Part shown: piece after piece, positions 42,460-52,306 of the stretch
Layout of the letters: every line of letters starts with the position of its first letter
Numbering within the stretch: position 1 is the first letter of the stretch
NCBI GenBank assembly: GCA_963755915.1
Contig: CAVWLP010000002.1
Coordinates: forward strand, 736,001-800,000
Direction: 5' to 3'
DNA from: an uncultured Phycisphaerales bacterium
Lineage (GTDB): Bacteria; Planctomycetota; Phycisphaerae; Tepidisphaerales; Tepidisphaeraceae
DNA: 64,000 nucleotides
Position numbers and translations under genes: made by a program
The notes under the pieces: generated by a model
The model's input: only the letters and a program-made list of their open reading frames with translations
Told to the model about the DNA's origin: nothing
Database searches by the model: none

Positions 42460-43098
42460 ATGCGCCGGATTGTGGTTGTGGGAACAAGCTGCTCAGGCAA
42501 GACGATGATGGCGAAGTCCATCGCCCGGGCGCTGGGGCTGGGGCATTATGAGATTGATTCGCTGGTGTGGGGGCCAAAGTGGTCGCTGCCGTCGGAGGAG
42601 GCGCTGCTGAGGCAGGTGGATGAATATACATCCGGGGATCGATGGGTGATTGACGGGGTTTTTCCGGAGCATCGGAAGATGGTCTGGTCGCGAGCAGACA
42701 CGGTGGTGTGGCTGAATTATCCGCTGTCGGTGGTGTTTCCGCGGGCCTTTTGGCGGACGATCAAGCGGTGCATCACGCGGGAGCAGCTGGGGAGCCATAA
42801 CGTGGAGACCTGGCGGCGGACGTTTTTGTCGCGGAATTCGCAATTGCTGTGGGTGCTGCAGACGTGGCGGAAACGTCGGCGGGATTATCCGAAGATTATG
42901 AGGCGGCCTGAGTTTGGTCACGTTCGGTTTATCGAGCTGAAGACGCCGGGGCAGGCAGAGGCGTTTTTGAGCAGATTGCCGGGGGCGGTGGTGAAAACGG
43001 GTGGGGGCGTTGGGATGGAAAAACCGATGAAGAGCGCAGCGCCGGCTGCATCGGCCGCTTGGCGGAATCATGGACCAGCGAGCCAAGTCCCGGCCTGA
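42460..43098 (+). CDS. P-loop kinase, adenylate kinase/FlaR-like
   Basis: RIVVVGTSCSGKT, WVIDG, RADTVVWL. Confidence 0.8.
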   Translation: MRRIVVVGTSCSGKTMMAKSIARALGLGHYEIDSLVWGPKWSLPSEEALLRQVDEYTSGDRWVIDGVFPEHRKMVWSRADTVVWLNYPLSVVFPRAFWRTIKRCITREQLGSHNVETWRRTFLSRNSQLLWVLQTWRKRRRDYPKIMRRPEFGHVRFIELKTPGQAEAFLSRLPGAVVKTGGGVGMEKPMKSAAPAASAAWRNHGPASQVPA

Positions 43099-44050
43099 AG
43101 TCACACTCCTTTGCTGCGGAGATGAAGGGTATGCCATGCCGCTGACGGTCATGGCGTGCAGTGCTGCGCTGAACCTTTCGCGGGATTGGGATCTGCGGAT
43201 TTATTTCATGGATGGGGGTGTGTCGGCGGCGTCGCGGGGGCGGATGGAGGAGAAAATTCACGCGCTGCCGAACGTGAAGCTGCATTGGCATACGATCGAC
43301 CTGGCGCATTTCCGCGAGCTGCCGGTGCTGAGGCGGGTGAACAGCACGATGTATATCCGGCTGCTGATGGATGAGATTTTGCCGACGGATATCGAGCGGC
43401 TGGTTTATCTCGACGGGGACATGCTGGTGGAGGGGGATTTATCCGAGCTTTATCGGGAGGATTTTGCGGGGGCGACGTTGATGGCGGTTTGTGATTACGG
43501 GTCGTCGATTCTGCGCGATGAGCTGCCGATTCCGGGGGTGGAGGCGGCGCAACGGCGGAATGTGCCGTATTTCAATTCGGGGATGCTGCTGATCAATATG
43601 AAGCCGTGGCGAGAGGAGCGCGTGGGGCGAGCGGTGCTGGATTATGTGAGCAAATTTAGGTCGATCGTGAAGTTTCCGGACCAGGATGGGCTTAACGCGG
43701 TGCTGTTTGGGAAATGGAAGCAGCTTGATCTGGCGTGGAATGCGCAGGTGGACAACCTGGTGAATACCGCGCAGCTTGCGAATACTGCTGTCGATGAAGA
43801 GGTGCGGCGGCGGAGGGAGGAGCTGCTTTATCATCCGAAGATTCAGCATTATGCGGGGAGGAAGAAGCCTTGGGGGCCGGGGAGATTCAAGCCGGTGAGG
43901 GGGCGGTTTGTGCATTATCTGCACGCGAGCGGGTGGTTTGATACGGGGGATTTAATTAGGTTTCATGCGGGCTGGGTAGTTTCGACCGGCCGGATGGCAG
44001 TGCGAGAGATGCGAAAGAAGCTGTTGAAACAGGACGGCGGGAAACAATGA
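43070..44050 (+). CDS. Glycosyltransferase family 8
   Basis: YLDGD, YFNSGMLLIN, DQDGLN, HYAGRKKPW. Confidence 0.92.
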   Translation: MDQRAKSRPEVTLLCCGDEGYAMPLTVMACSAALNLSRDWDLRIYFMDGGVSAASRGRMEEKIHALPNVKLHWHTIDLAHFRELPVLRRVNSTMYIRLLMDEILPTDIERLVYLDGDMLVEGDLSELYREDFAGATLMAVCDYGSSILRDELPIPGVEAAQRRNVPYFNSGMLLINMKPWREERVGRAVLDYVSKFRSIVKFPDQDGLNAVLFGKWKQLDLAWNAQVDNLVNTAQLANTAVDEEVRRRREELLYHPKIQHYAGRKKPWGPGRFKPVRGRFVHYLHASGWFDTGDLIRFHAGWVVSTGRMAVREMRKKLLKQDGGKQ

Positions 44051-45287
44051 ACATTGTGCAGATTGCCGTCATCACGTTCATTGTCCTGGACGGGGTGGTG
44101 TGGATTCGGTTTCATGGGATGCTGCGGCAGATGCGGCGGCGGCGCGTGTGGCAGGCGGCGCTGGGGGCGGGGATGGCGGTGGTGGTTTCGTTCGTGGTGA
44201 TACTGGGGATTTCGAATCCGACGGTTTTTCGGCATCATCAGGTAATCCCGCAGTGGTTTCCGGCGGCGATTTTTATCTGGCATTTTTTGATTTTGCCGGT
44301 GACGGTGGGGGCGATTTTTTTGGAGGGGGTGGGGAGGATTTTTTTTAGAAGGTCTCGCGGTGGGAGCACAAAAAAAGAACCCCCTCCCCTGCCCTCCCCC
44401 GGAGTACCGGGGGCGGGGGAAATAAGGGGAAGAGGGGAAAGAGGGGAGGAAAGTGGGATTTCTCGGCGGAGATTTTTGACGGGGGCGGTGATGATGGCGC
44501 CGCCGATTGCTACGTTTGGGCTGGCGGGAATGGGGGTGGAGACGCTGGGGGATTTTCGGATCAGGCGGTATGACCTGGCGATTCATGGGTGGCCGAAGGG
44601 GCTGGATGGGTTCACGATGGCGCTGGTGGCGGATGTGCACGCGGGGGTTTTTTCTTCGCAGAAGATGCTGGAGACAATCGCGACGGCGACGAATGATCTG
44701 CGGGCGGAACTGATCCTGCTGGGGGGAGACCTGATCAATATTTCGCATTCGGATCTTTCGAGCGCACTGGACATGGTTTGCCGGCTCGATTCGCCGAACG
44801 GAGTGTACATGATTCAGGGGAATCATGATGTGATCCAGGGGCGCAGAGTTTTAACGATGCGTGCGCGGCGCGGGGGGTGCCGCTGCTGCTGAATGATGGG
44901 GTGACGATTTTTCCGCGGGGGATCGCGATTCAATTGCTGGGGATTATCTGGACCACGCGCGGATATGAGCAGCATCAGGCGGTGCTCGATACGCTGGCAA
45001 AGCGCGAGGCGGAGCTGTTTCCGATTTTGCTGGCGCATCATCCGCATGCGTGGGACGTGGCGGCGGAGAATGGAGTGCCGCTGGTGCTTTCGGGGCATAC
45101 GCATGGGGGACAAATCATGCTGACAAAGAGGATTGGGGCCGGGCCGCTGCGGTTTCGGTATTGGTCGGGGTTGTATGAGAAGCCGGGGTCGAGGCTGATC
45201 GTGTCGAACGGGGTGGGGGACTGGTTTCCGCTGCGGGTTAACGCGCCGGCGGAAATTGTGCATATCACGATGCATCCCGGGGTTTAA
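44047..45287 (+). CDS. Membrane-anchored metallophosphoesterase (frameshift near 44845)
   Basis: ADVH, GGDL, GNHD, LAHHP, SGHTHGGQ. Confidence 0.87.
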
Positions 45288-45352
45288 GAAACTTTCGAGA
45301 ATTAAATATTGCGCCGAGGGGATTGCGCAAATTGTTCGGCACTTAAAACATC

Positions 45353-45423
45353 GGCCCCCACCCCTGCCCTACCCTCTTCGAGCCACGCCTCAGAGCCAAA
45401 GGCCGGAGTACCAGGGGAGGGAA
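45353..45423. repeat. Composite REP: family-1 palindrome with nested family-2 hairpin
   Basis: Reverse complement resembles the IS481 target site without the IS. Confidence 0.7.
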
Positions 45424-45533
45424 AGAAGAGCGGGGCGTAAAAAGTTGTCCAAATTTACATTTTGCGCCGCGGCAATTTTTGTCGTTTCATTCGTGCTTCA
45501 TTGTTGTTTCTTTAGATTGTCCGAAGCCAACTC

Positions 45534-47174
45534 GTGGTCAGTGGGGCTTTGGAGCAACTCATCAGCACGCTTGAAGCGGAAAATCTCGCAGCAGCGTCGC
45601 CGGGTACATCAGCGCCCGTGCGGCGAACTTGGCCGATAGTCCTGTACGGCGCGGTGGCGGCTGCGCTTATCGCGGTGGGAATTCTGGTGCGGCTGCGGAT
45701 TTACCTGGCGGACCTTTCACTCTGGCGCGATGAAGCAGCGCTGACGCTGAACATTATTCAGAAATCGTTTCGCCAACTTTTTGGGCCGCTGGATTATGAC
45801 CAGGGTGCGCCGGTTGGATTCCTGATGATCCAGAAGCTGGTGGTGACGCTGCGCGGGGATGGGGAGATGGCGCTGCGGTTTTGGCCGGTGACGGCATCGA
45901 TCCTGGCGATTCCGATTTTCTTCGCGGCGTGCTATCGAATCGTGGAGGCGCGGGCGGCGATTTTCGCGCTGGCGTTTTTCGCGCTGGCGACCGATCGGAT
46001 GGACTATTGGGCGGACAACAAACAATATTCGACGGATTGCCTGACAACGGTTTTCCTGCTGCTGATGGCGTCGCGGGCGATGACCGCGGGGGATGATTTT
46101 CTGTCGATCCGGCGACTGCGGTGGCTGGCGATGGCGGGAGCGATCGCAATTTGGTTTTCGCATCCGTCGATTTTTGTGCTGGCCGGGATTTTTTGTGCAC
46201 TGGGGATTCGATGGATCGGGCAGCGCCCGCGGCAGAAATTGGGTGGGTTGCTCCTGCTTGCCGGAGCGTGGGGGGTGAGTTTTCTGCTGGATTATTTCCT
46301 GTGCCTGAGCAAACTGACGAAGAGCAGTTACCTTCAGCATTACTGGTCGGCGATCGCGGGGGCGTTTGCACCGGCGCCGGATTCGATGGCGGGGCTGATT
46401 TGGTATAAGCGGTCTTTCCTGGAACTGTTCAACAATTTCTCGATCGAGTTTGAAGGTTTGGCGGCGGTGATGTTTCTGCTGGGGCTTTATGAGCTTTATC
46501 GGCGCGGGCGGCATTGGCCGGTGCTGTTGGGAACGCCGATTATGGCGGCGCTGGCGGCGTCGGCGCTGCACCAATATCCGTTTGACTGGCGGCTGCTGAT
46601 CTTCGCGTTGCCGTTGACGACGATGATCGTGGCGGCGGGGCTGTGTTTCTTCAAGGGGCAGATGCGGCTGGTGCAGATGATCGCGGTGGCGATGCTGCTG
46701 ATCTCTCCGGTGAGCAAAACGCTTTCCGCGCTGAAGCGGCCGCAGGCGGATTGCAACATGCGGGGCGCCGTGGCGTTCATCGCCCAGCATAAGCAAAGCG
46801 GGGACTTGGTTTACCTGTTTCAGTCGGCCCGGTACGACTACCTGTATTATCAGCCGAAGTATGGGCTGACGGATTTGAAATACGTGGTGAGTCCGGAGCG
46901 TTCTTCGAGTGTGAGCGAGTGGGCGAACGAGCTGGCACAATTTAAGACGGGGCGATTGTGGATTTTGGAGGAGGATCCGTTCGTTGCGGATGTGGACCGG
47001 GAGAGCGAATTCGCGGCGCAGCAGCCGCTGGTGGCGAACTTCCTGGACGCGACGGGGCGGATGCTGTGGAAGCACCGGACTTTCAACGAATTTGTGGCAT
47101 GCTACGATTTGACGCCTGAGGCGCGATTGAGCGACGCATTTGAAGCGGCCGATCACAACGCCCCGGGCAAATGA
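45534..47174 (+). CDS. GT-C (GT39/ArnT-like) membrane glycosyltransferase
   Basis: SLWRDEA, DQGAPVGF, KQYS motifs, many TM helices. Confidence 0.75.
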   Translation: MVSGALEQLISTLEAENLAAASPGTSAPVRRTWPIVLYGAVAAALIAVGILVRLRIYLADLSLWRDEAALTLNIIQKSFRQLFGPLDYDQGAPVGFLMIQKLVVTLRGDGEMALRFWPVTASILAIPIFFAACYRIVEARAAIFALAFFALATDRMDYWADNKQYSTDCLTTVFLLLMASRAMTAGDDFLSIRRLRWLAMAGAIAIWFSHPSIFVLAGIFCALGIRWIGQRPRQKLGGLLLLAGAWGVSFLLDYFLCLSKLTKSSYLQHYWSAIAGAFAPAPDSMAGLIWYKRSFLELFNNFSIEFEGLAAVMFLLGLYELYRRGRHWPVLLGTPIMAALAASALHQYPFDWRLLIFALPLTTMIVAAGLCFFKGQMRLVQMIAVAMLLISPVSKTLSALKRPQADCNMRGAVAFIAQHKQSGDLVYLFQSARYDYLYYQPKYGLTDLKYVVSPERSSSVSEWANELAQFKTGRLWILEEDPFVADVDRESEFAAQQPLVANFLDATGRMLWKHRTFNEFVACYDLTPEARLSDAFEAADHNAPGK

Positions 47175-48258
47175 GCAAATCGTCTTTCCTTCGTTTTGTC
47201 GGACACCGCTATCGCGAGGCGCTGGTTCATGTTGAGAGGGTTTCGCAGCCCTCGTCGCGGCGGCGCGCGGTTTTTTTCCCCTCGCAGATGCCGGCGGAGG
47301 GGGGATCGTCGCTGCTGCGGGCGTTTAACGTTGCCAGGGCGCTGCGGGGGATGGGGTGGCGGACGAGCGTGGTGCCGCCACAGTGCGGGCTGGTGCAGCG
47401 GCGGAGGATTTTGCGGATGGAGAAGCCGGACGTGATCGTCTTGCAGATGCAGCGGCATCCGTTGAACCGGCCGAAGTTTTATGAGGGGTATCCGGCCGTT
47501 TTTGACATTGACGATGCGGATTTTCTGGATGAGAAATGCGTGGATGCGGTGAGGGAATGCTGCGAAGGAGCGGCGGCGGTGACGGCGGGGAGCCGGTTTG
47601 TCGCGGACTGGTGCGGGAAATACAACAAGAATGTCAGCGTGATCTGGACGGCGGCAACGGTGCCGGCAGCTCGACCGGAGCCGCGGCCGCGGGATCGCAA
47701 GCCGATCGTTACGTGGCGCAGTCGGTTCCGGACCGGTATCCGGCGGAGAGGGCGCTGGTGATCGAAATCATCACAGCGCTGGCGCGGCAGAATATCCCGT
47801 TCGATTTCTGGCTGTATGGGGTGGCGGAGAAATCGGGGATTTCGGATCTGCTTTGGGCGGCGGAGAAGGCGCACGTTCCCGTCAAGACGCATCCGTTTCT
47901 CGCGTATCCGCAGTTTATCGAATCGCTGTCGCAGGTGGCGGTGGGCTTGCAGCCGATCGCGATGGAGTCGCCCTTCAGCCGGGGGAAATCGTTTGGGAAG
48001 GTTCTGGCGTACCTGGCGGCGGATGTGGCGGTGGTGGCATCGGATGCGCTGGATCATCCGCTGTTTTTCAGGAATGGGGAGAATGGGATGCTGGCGAATA
48101 CCGCCGAGGATTGGGTGGAGAATACGGCGCGGCTGCTCCAGGATATGGAGTTGCGGCAGCGGCTGACGGATCGGGCGTGGGAGGATTTTGGGAAGGAATT
48201 GTCGACGAAGGCGGCGGCGCGAAAGCTGGCTACGGTGCTGGGAGAAATTCGGAGATGA
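47171..48258 (+). CDS. GT-B (GT4-like) glycosyltransferase (frameshift near 47722)
   Basis: FDIDDA, GKSFGKVLAYLAA, NGENGML. Confidence 0.8.
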
Positions 48259-48409
48259 GGGGCGGAAGTCTGTCGGCGTTCGGCCCCCACCCCTACCCTC
48301 CCCGCGTGCGCGAGAGAGTAGGACGGTAGAAAGTAGAGCAGTAGAGAAACTTGGCCCCTACCCTAACTCTCCCCCGGCGTACCAGGGGAGGGGGAGTTGG
48401 TCGGACGAA

Positions 48410-48997
48410 TTATCGTTTCGCAAAACTTTTCCTGTGTCGTGTCATGATTCCGATTCCAGCGACGGTCAATAGTCCGAGAGATGCGGGTTCGGGGACGGCG
48501 GTAACGCTGACGTCGTCGAGGAAGACGCCCGAATTTGCCGTCGTGAAGGAGAGCACGGTGGATGAGCTGGTTGCGCTAAGGTTGTCGTAAGTGGCGGGAA
48601 CCCAGCCAGCGGTTGAAGTGTCCGAAATCGTTTCGGTGGTGCTGCCGAAGTCGATGGTGGTGGGATCGAGTACCTCGACTTCATAGTAGAAAGAGAGATC
48701 GTAATCGGCTCCGGATTGCGTTGTGAGGGTTTGCTGGATGGTTGAAGTGTCACCATCGGGTGCGATTTCAACGTAGTCATTGCCTGAGTGGGCGTCGCCG
48801 GGGAGATCAGCGACGTAGGTCGTGCCCTGGGAAACCTGCCAATCACCGCTGGAAAGACTACTCGGCGCGGAGACGAAACCCGATGTATCGGATTCAAACC
48901 CGGGATCCTGAACGATATTTTGAGCGCGTGCCGCCGGGACGGAGACGGCGATGACGGTTGCTGCAAGCAGCGAGCCGAGAGGTGTAGAGCTTCGCAT
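48410..48997 (-). CDS. Small PEP-CTERM protein (carbohydrate-binding-like domain)
   Basis: Signal peptide, NIVQDPGFE, LDDVSV, VPEPASLGLL. Confidence 0.85.
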   Translation of the reverse strand: MRSSTPLGSLLAATVIAVSVPAARAQNIVQDPGFESDTSGFVSAPSSLSSGDWQVSQGTTYVADLPGDAHSGNDYVEIAPDGDTSTIQQTLTTQSGADYDLSFYYEVEVLDPTTIDFGSTTETISDTSTAGWVPATYDNLSATSSSTVLSFTTANSGVFLDDVSVTAVPEPASLGLLTVAGIGIMTRHRKSFAKR

Positions 48998-49443
48998 TTG
49001 ATACCTTTCCCTTCTCAGATGAGTCGTTCGCGCCTGCCCGCCCACTGCGTCGCGAAGAACCCGGTCTTCCCTTGGCGACCACCACGTTGGCGTGTCGCAG
49101 GTTTCCCTTCCCTTTCTCAAAACAGGAACGGAAATCACGGGTTGGAACGCTACAAAAAATGCGAACTCGCCTTCAAGCGAAATTGCGGGGTTTTTGGCCG
49201 GAAAGCAAATAAATTTTGTTGAGCCTTTTCGCGGCAAGAGCTTAGATCGCTCATAGATGAAACTTGCTTTTGAGCGAATGGCAAATGCATTGTCGCGATT
49301 GTTTCGGAGCGTGTCGCAAAGAGCCCCTTTCGAATTTGATAAGTTGGATAAGATTTCGCCTTTGGGCTGCGATTTGCGCAGCCACGAATCATCGCGGCAA
49401 ATCTTCGACGGTTAGAGGAGGGTCGAGGAGCGATCTCTTTCGG

Positions 49444-49887
49444 TCAGCTCTTTTTCTCGAAATCGCGCAGCTTATCGACGCGGCGGGTGTGGCGGCCTTC
49501 GCCGAACGGGGTGGCGAGGAAGATTTCCACGATCCGCTTGATCTGGTCTTCGCTGAGCAGGTCGGTGCCGAGGCACAGGACGTTGCAGTGGTTGTGCTCG
49601 CGGGCGCGGTGGGCGGTGATTTCGTCGTGAACGAGTCCGGCGCGGATTTCCCTGACCTTGTTGGCGGCGACGGACATGCCGATGCCGCTTCCGTCGAGGA
49701 GGATTCCCATTTCGTGAGTTCCGGCGGCGACGGCCTGGGCGGCGGGGATGGCGAAATCGGGGTAATCGACGGCGGCGGTGCCTTCGCAGCCGAAGTCCTG
49801 CACCTCATGCCCCAGCTTTTTGAGCAGGGGGATGAGCTTTTTCTTGGCGTCAAACCCTCGATGATCGCAGGCAATAGCAATGTTCAT
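49444..49887 (-). CDS. rpiB: Ribose-5-phosphate isomerase B
   Basis: IACDHRG, VDYPD, GSGIGMSVAANK, AREHN, GRHTRR. Confidence 0.93.
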   Translation of the reverse strand: MNIAIACDHRGFDAKKKLIPLLKKLGHEVQDFGCEGTAAVDYPDFAIPAAQAVAAGTHEMGILLDGSGIGMSVAANKVREIRAGLVHDEITAHRAREHNHCNVLCLGTDLLSEDQIKRIVEIFLATPFGEGRHTRRVDKLRDFEKKS

Positions 49888-49918
49888 CCACGTCTCTCCA
49901 TTCCCACCGAAATTCGAA

Positions 49919-51031
49919 TCACGCGACGACTCCGGATGCGAGGCGCTGCTCGATAAGCGTTTTAATGCGTTGGGCGACTTCTGTGTAGAGGGGCAGATCT
50001 CCGCCGATGGGGTCTTCGATGTCGGCGGCGGGGTCGAGGTTGGAGACCTTTGTCGCCGCCGCCGGAACCAGCGAGATGACGGCCTGGGCGTGGTTCTGGC
50101 TCATGGTATAGATCGCGTCCGCCTGGTGGATGAGTTCCACGGTGAGGGGGCGGGAGCGATGTTTGGACAGATCGGCGCCCATGGCCCGCATGGCTTCGAT
50201 AGCGGGCGCCGCGGCGCGGGCGCCGGGCAGGGCGAAGCTTCCGGCGGAAATGACGCTGATGCCTTTTTTCTCGAGATCGTCGGGGGCGATGGACATTTGG
50301 TCGGCCAACAGTTTTCGGGCGATCGCTTCCGCCATGGGCGAGCGGCAGGTGTTTCCGCTGCATACAAACAGAATTGTGGTGCGAAGTAGTCTATCGATAA
50401 TGCGTTCGTCGTAAACGCCGCTGCGGACGATCTGGTAGGAATTTTCCTTAACCCTGACGAGGGTGGAAGGCTTGGAAAAGCGGGTAGGCCCGGCGTCGCA
50501 GACCATCTCAACCTGGGCGAGGATTTCCTCCGGCAACTCGGAGATGCGCTGCAGCGCGCCGCCGGTGGAGGTGAGGGCGACGGGGCCGGTTACTTTTGAG
50601 ACGATGTCAAAGAAGACGGGGTTGTCGGGGCAGCGGAGGGTGATGAGGGAGCCATCGTAAAGATCGTTTTCCTGGAAGCCGATTTTGGCGGCGACATCTT
50701 TGCGGCGCTGGGCGGGGACTTCGAAGATGAGGCCGATGGGTCCGGGCCAGAGTTTTCGCATGGCCCGCCTGGCGAAATCGTTTACGGAGCCGAGATAGGC
50801 AAAGGCGTCTTCGGCGCGTGCGAGGTGGATGGTGAAGGGTTTGCTGCCGGTGAGGCCGCGGACCTGGGCGAGGCCGGCGCGGGCTTCGGCGCTGGAAAGG
50901 AGGCCGGCGACGGCATAGACGGTGTCGGTCGGGAGGACGAGGAGCCTTCCGGCGGCGAGGAGTTCGGCGGCGCGGGCGATTTCCTGTGGATAGTCGGGCG
51001 CACCAAGCATTTGCACAATCTGCGCTTGCAT
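49919..51031 (-). CDS. Sua5/YrdC-like domain fused to LMW phosphatase (YwlE-like)
   Basis: PTDTVY, WPGP, LRCPD; CSGNTCRS and DPIGG. Confidence 0.88.
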   Translation of the reverse strand: MQAQIVQMLGAPDYPQEIARAAELLAAGRLLVLPTDTVYAVAGLLSSAEARAGLAQVRGLTGSKPFTIHLARAEDAFAYLGSVNDFARRAMRKLWPGPIGLIFEVPAQRRKDVAAKIGFQENDLYDGSLITLRCPDNPVFFDIVSKVTGPVALTSTGGALQRISELPEEILAQVEMVCDAGPTRFSKPSTLVRVKENSYQIVRSGVYDERIIDRLLRTTILFVCSGNTCRSPMAEAIARKLLADQMSIAPDDLEKKGISVISAGSFALPGARAAAPAIEAMRAMGADLSKHRSRPLTVELIHQADAIYTMSQNHAQAVISLVPAAATKVSNLDPAADIEDPIGGDLPLYTEVAQRIKTLIEQRLASGVVA

Positions 51032-51216
51032 CTTCAAGTTTGATTATCTGCCCCAAACCGCCAATCTTCAAGGTGGGGTTAAGAGCGAGAAGCGCACCCC
51101 TGCGGGGTTGCGGCTAAACGGGGGCGCGGGGCGTCGCGTGATTGCGGTCGGCTATATTGCGGGGCGGGGGATTATATCCACGGGTTTCCGTCTTAGAAGT
51201 GGTAGAATTTATGCAG

Positions 51217-52305
51217 ATGCTTGCCCCCCCCCTGGCGATCGCAGACGTCCGGAGTTTTGTGGATGAGGTGTTTTCCGGCGCCATGCGCGGGCGGGCGTCG
51301 GATATTCATGTCGAGCCGGGGCAGGAGGGATATGAAGTCCGGCTGAGGATCGACGGGGTTCTGGAGACGACACAGAGGGTGCCGGTGGAGACGGGGCGGG
51401 CGGTCGTGACCCGGTTGATGGTGATGGCCAACCTGCTGACGTATCGGCTCGATGTGCCGCAGGAGGGGCGGATTTCGCTATCGAATGCCGAGGTGCGCCT
51501 GGCGGTGATGCCGACGATCCATGGGATGCGGGCGGCGATCCGGATGCCGGCCGACCATGTTCAGCCGGCGGTACTTCAGGATTTGGGGCTGCCGGCAAAT
51601 GTGCTTGGCGGGCTGGTGAATTTCGCGGCCAGCGAGTGTGGGATGCTGATTCTTACGGGGCCGGCGGGGTCAGGCAAAACCACGACGATCTATGCGCTGC
51701 TGCGGCATATCGCCAGCACAAATCCCGGGCTAAGCATTATCGCGCTGGAGGACCCGGTGGAGCGGAATGTTCCGGGAGTTACGCAGATTGAAGTCTCTCC
51801 ATTTGGACAGCTCACCTATGAGAAAGCGCTGCGGAGCATTTTGCGCCAGGACCCACAGGTTTTAATGCTGGGAGAAGTGCGCGATGCGGCGACGGCGTCG
51901 CTGGCGGTGCAGGCGGCACTTTCGGGGCACCGGCTGATTACGGCGCTGCACGCGGCGACGCCGGCGGGGGCGATCGCGCGGCTGCTGGAGATGAACATTG
52001 AGCCATATCAACTGACGAGTAGCATTCACAGTATTGTGTCGCAGCGGTTGATTCGGCGGGTGGGTAACTCGAGGGGTGTATACAGCGGGCGGGTTCCGGT
52101 TGCCGAGTACGTTTATATGGACAGGGACCTCAGATCGGCGGTTTTGGGGAAGTGCGACGCCGAGCGGCTGGCTCGCGCATATCAGGGCCAAAGCACCTGG
52201 CGGGCGATGCGTGACGTTGCCCAATCGCTTGTCACGCAAGGAATTACGGACGAATCGGAATTCCGTCGCACCTTTGCGGCTGCGGCGATGTTTAAGGAGG
52301 GATGA
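51217..52305 (+). CDS. GspE/PilB-family secretion ATPase (short form)
   Basis: ASDIHVEP, GPAGSGKTT, EDPVE, LRQDP..GEVRD, GH..LHA; TGnTAGAAT 8 nt upstream. Confidence 0.9.
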   Translation: MLAPPLAIADVRSFVDEVFSGAMRGRASDIHVEPGQEGYEVRLRIDGVLETTQRVPVETGRAVVTRLMVMANLLTYRLDVPQEGRISLSNAEVRLAVMPTIHGMRAAIRMPADHVQPAVLQDLGLPANVLGGLVNFAASECGMLILTGPAGSGKTTTIYALLRHIASTNPGLSIIALEDPVERNVPGVTQIEVSPFGQLTYEKALRSILRQDPQVLMLGEVRDAATASLAVQAALSGHRLITALHAATPAGAIARLLEMNIEPYQLTSSIHSIVSQRLIRRVGNSRGVYSGRVPVAEYVYMDRDLRSAVLGKCDAERLARAYQGQSTWRAMRDVAQSLVTQGITDESEFRRTFAAAAMFKEG

Positions 52306-52306
52306 T

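Noticed and set aside
48998-49140. Possible riboswitch upstream of the PEP-CTERM gene
   Set aside because: No recognisable aptamer consensus by eye.
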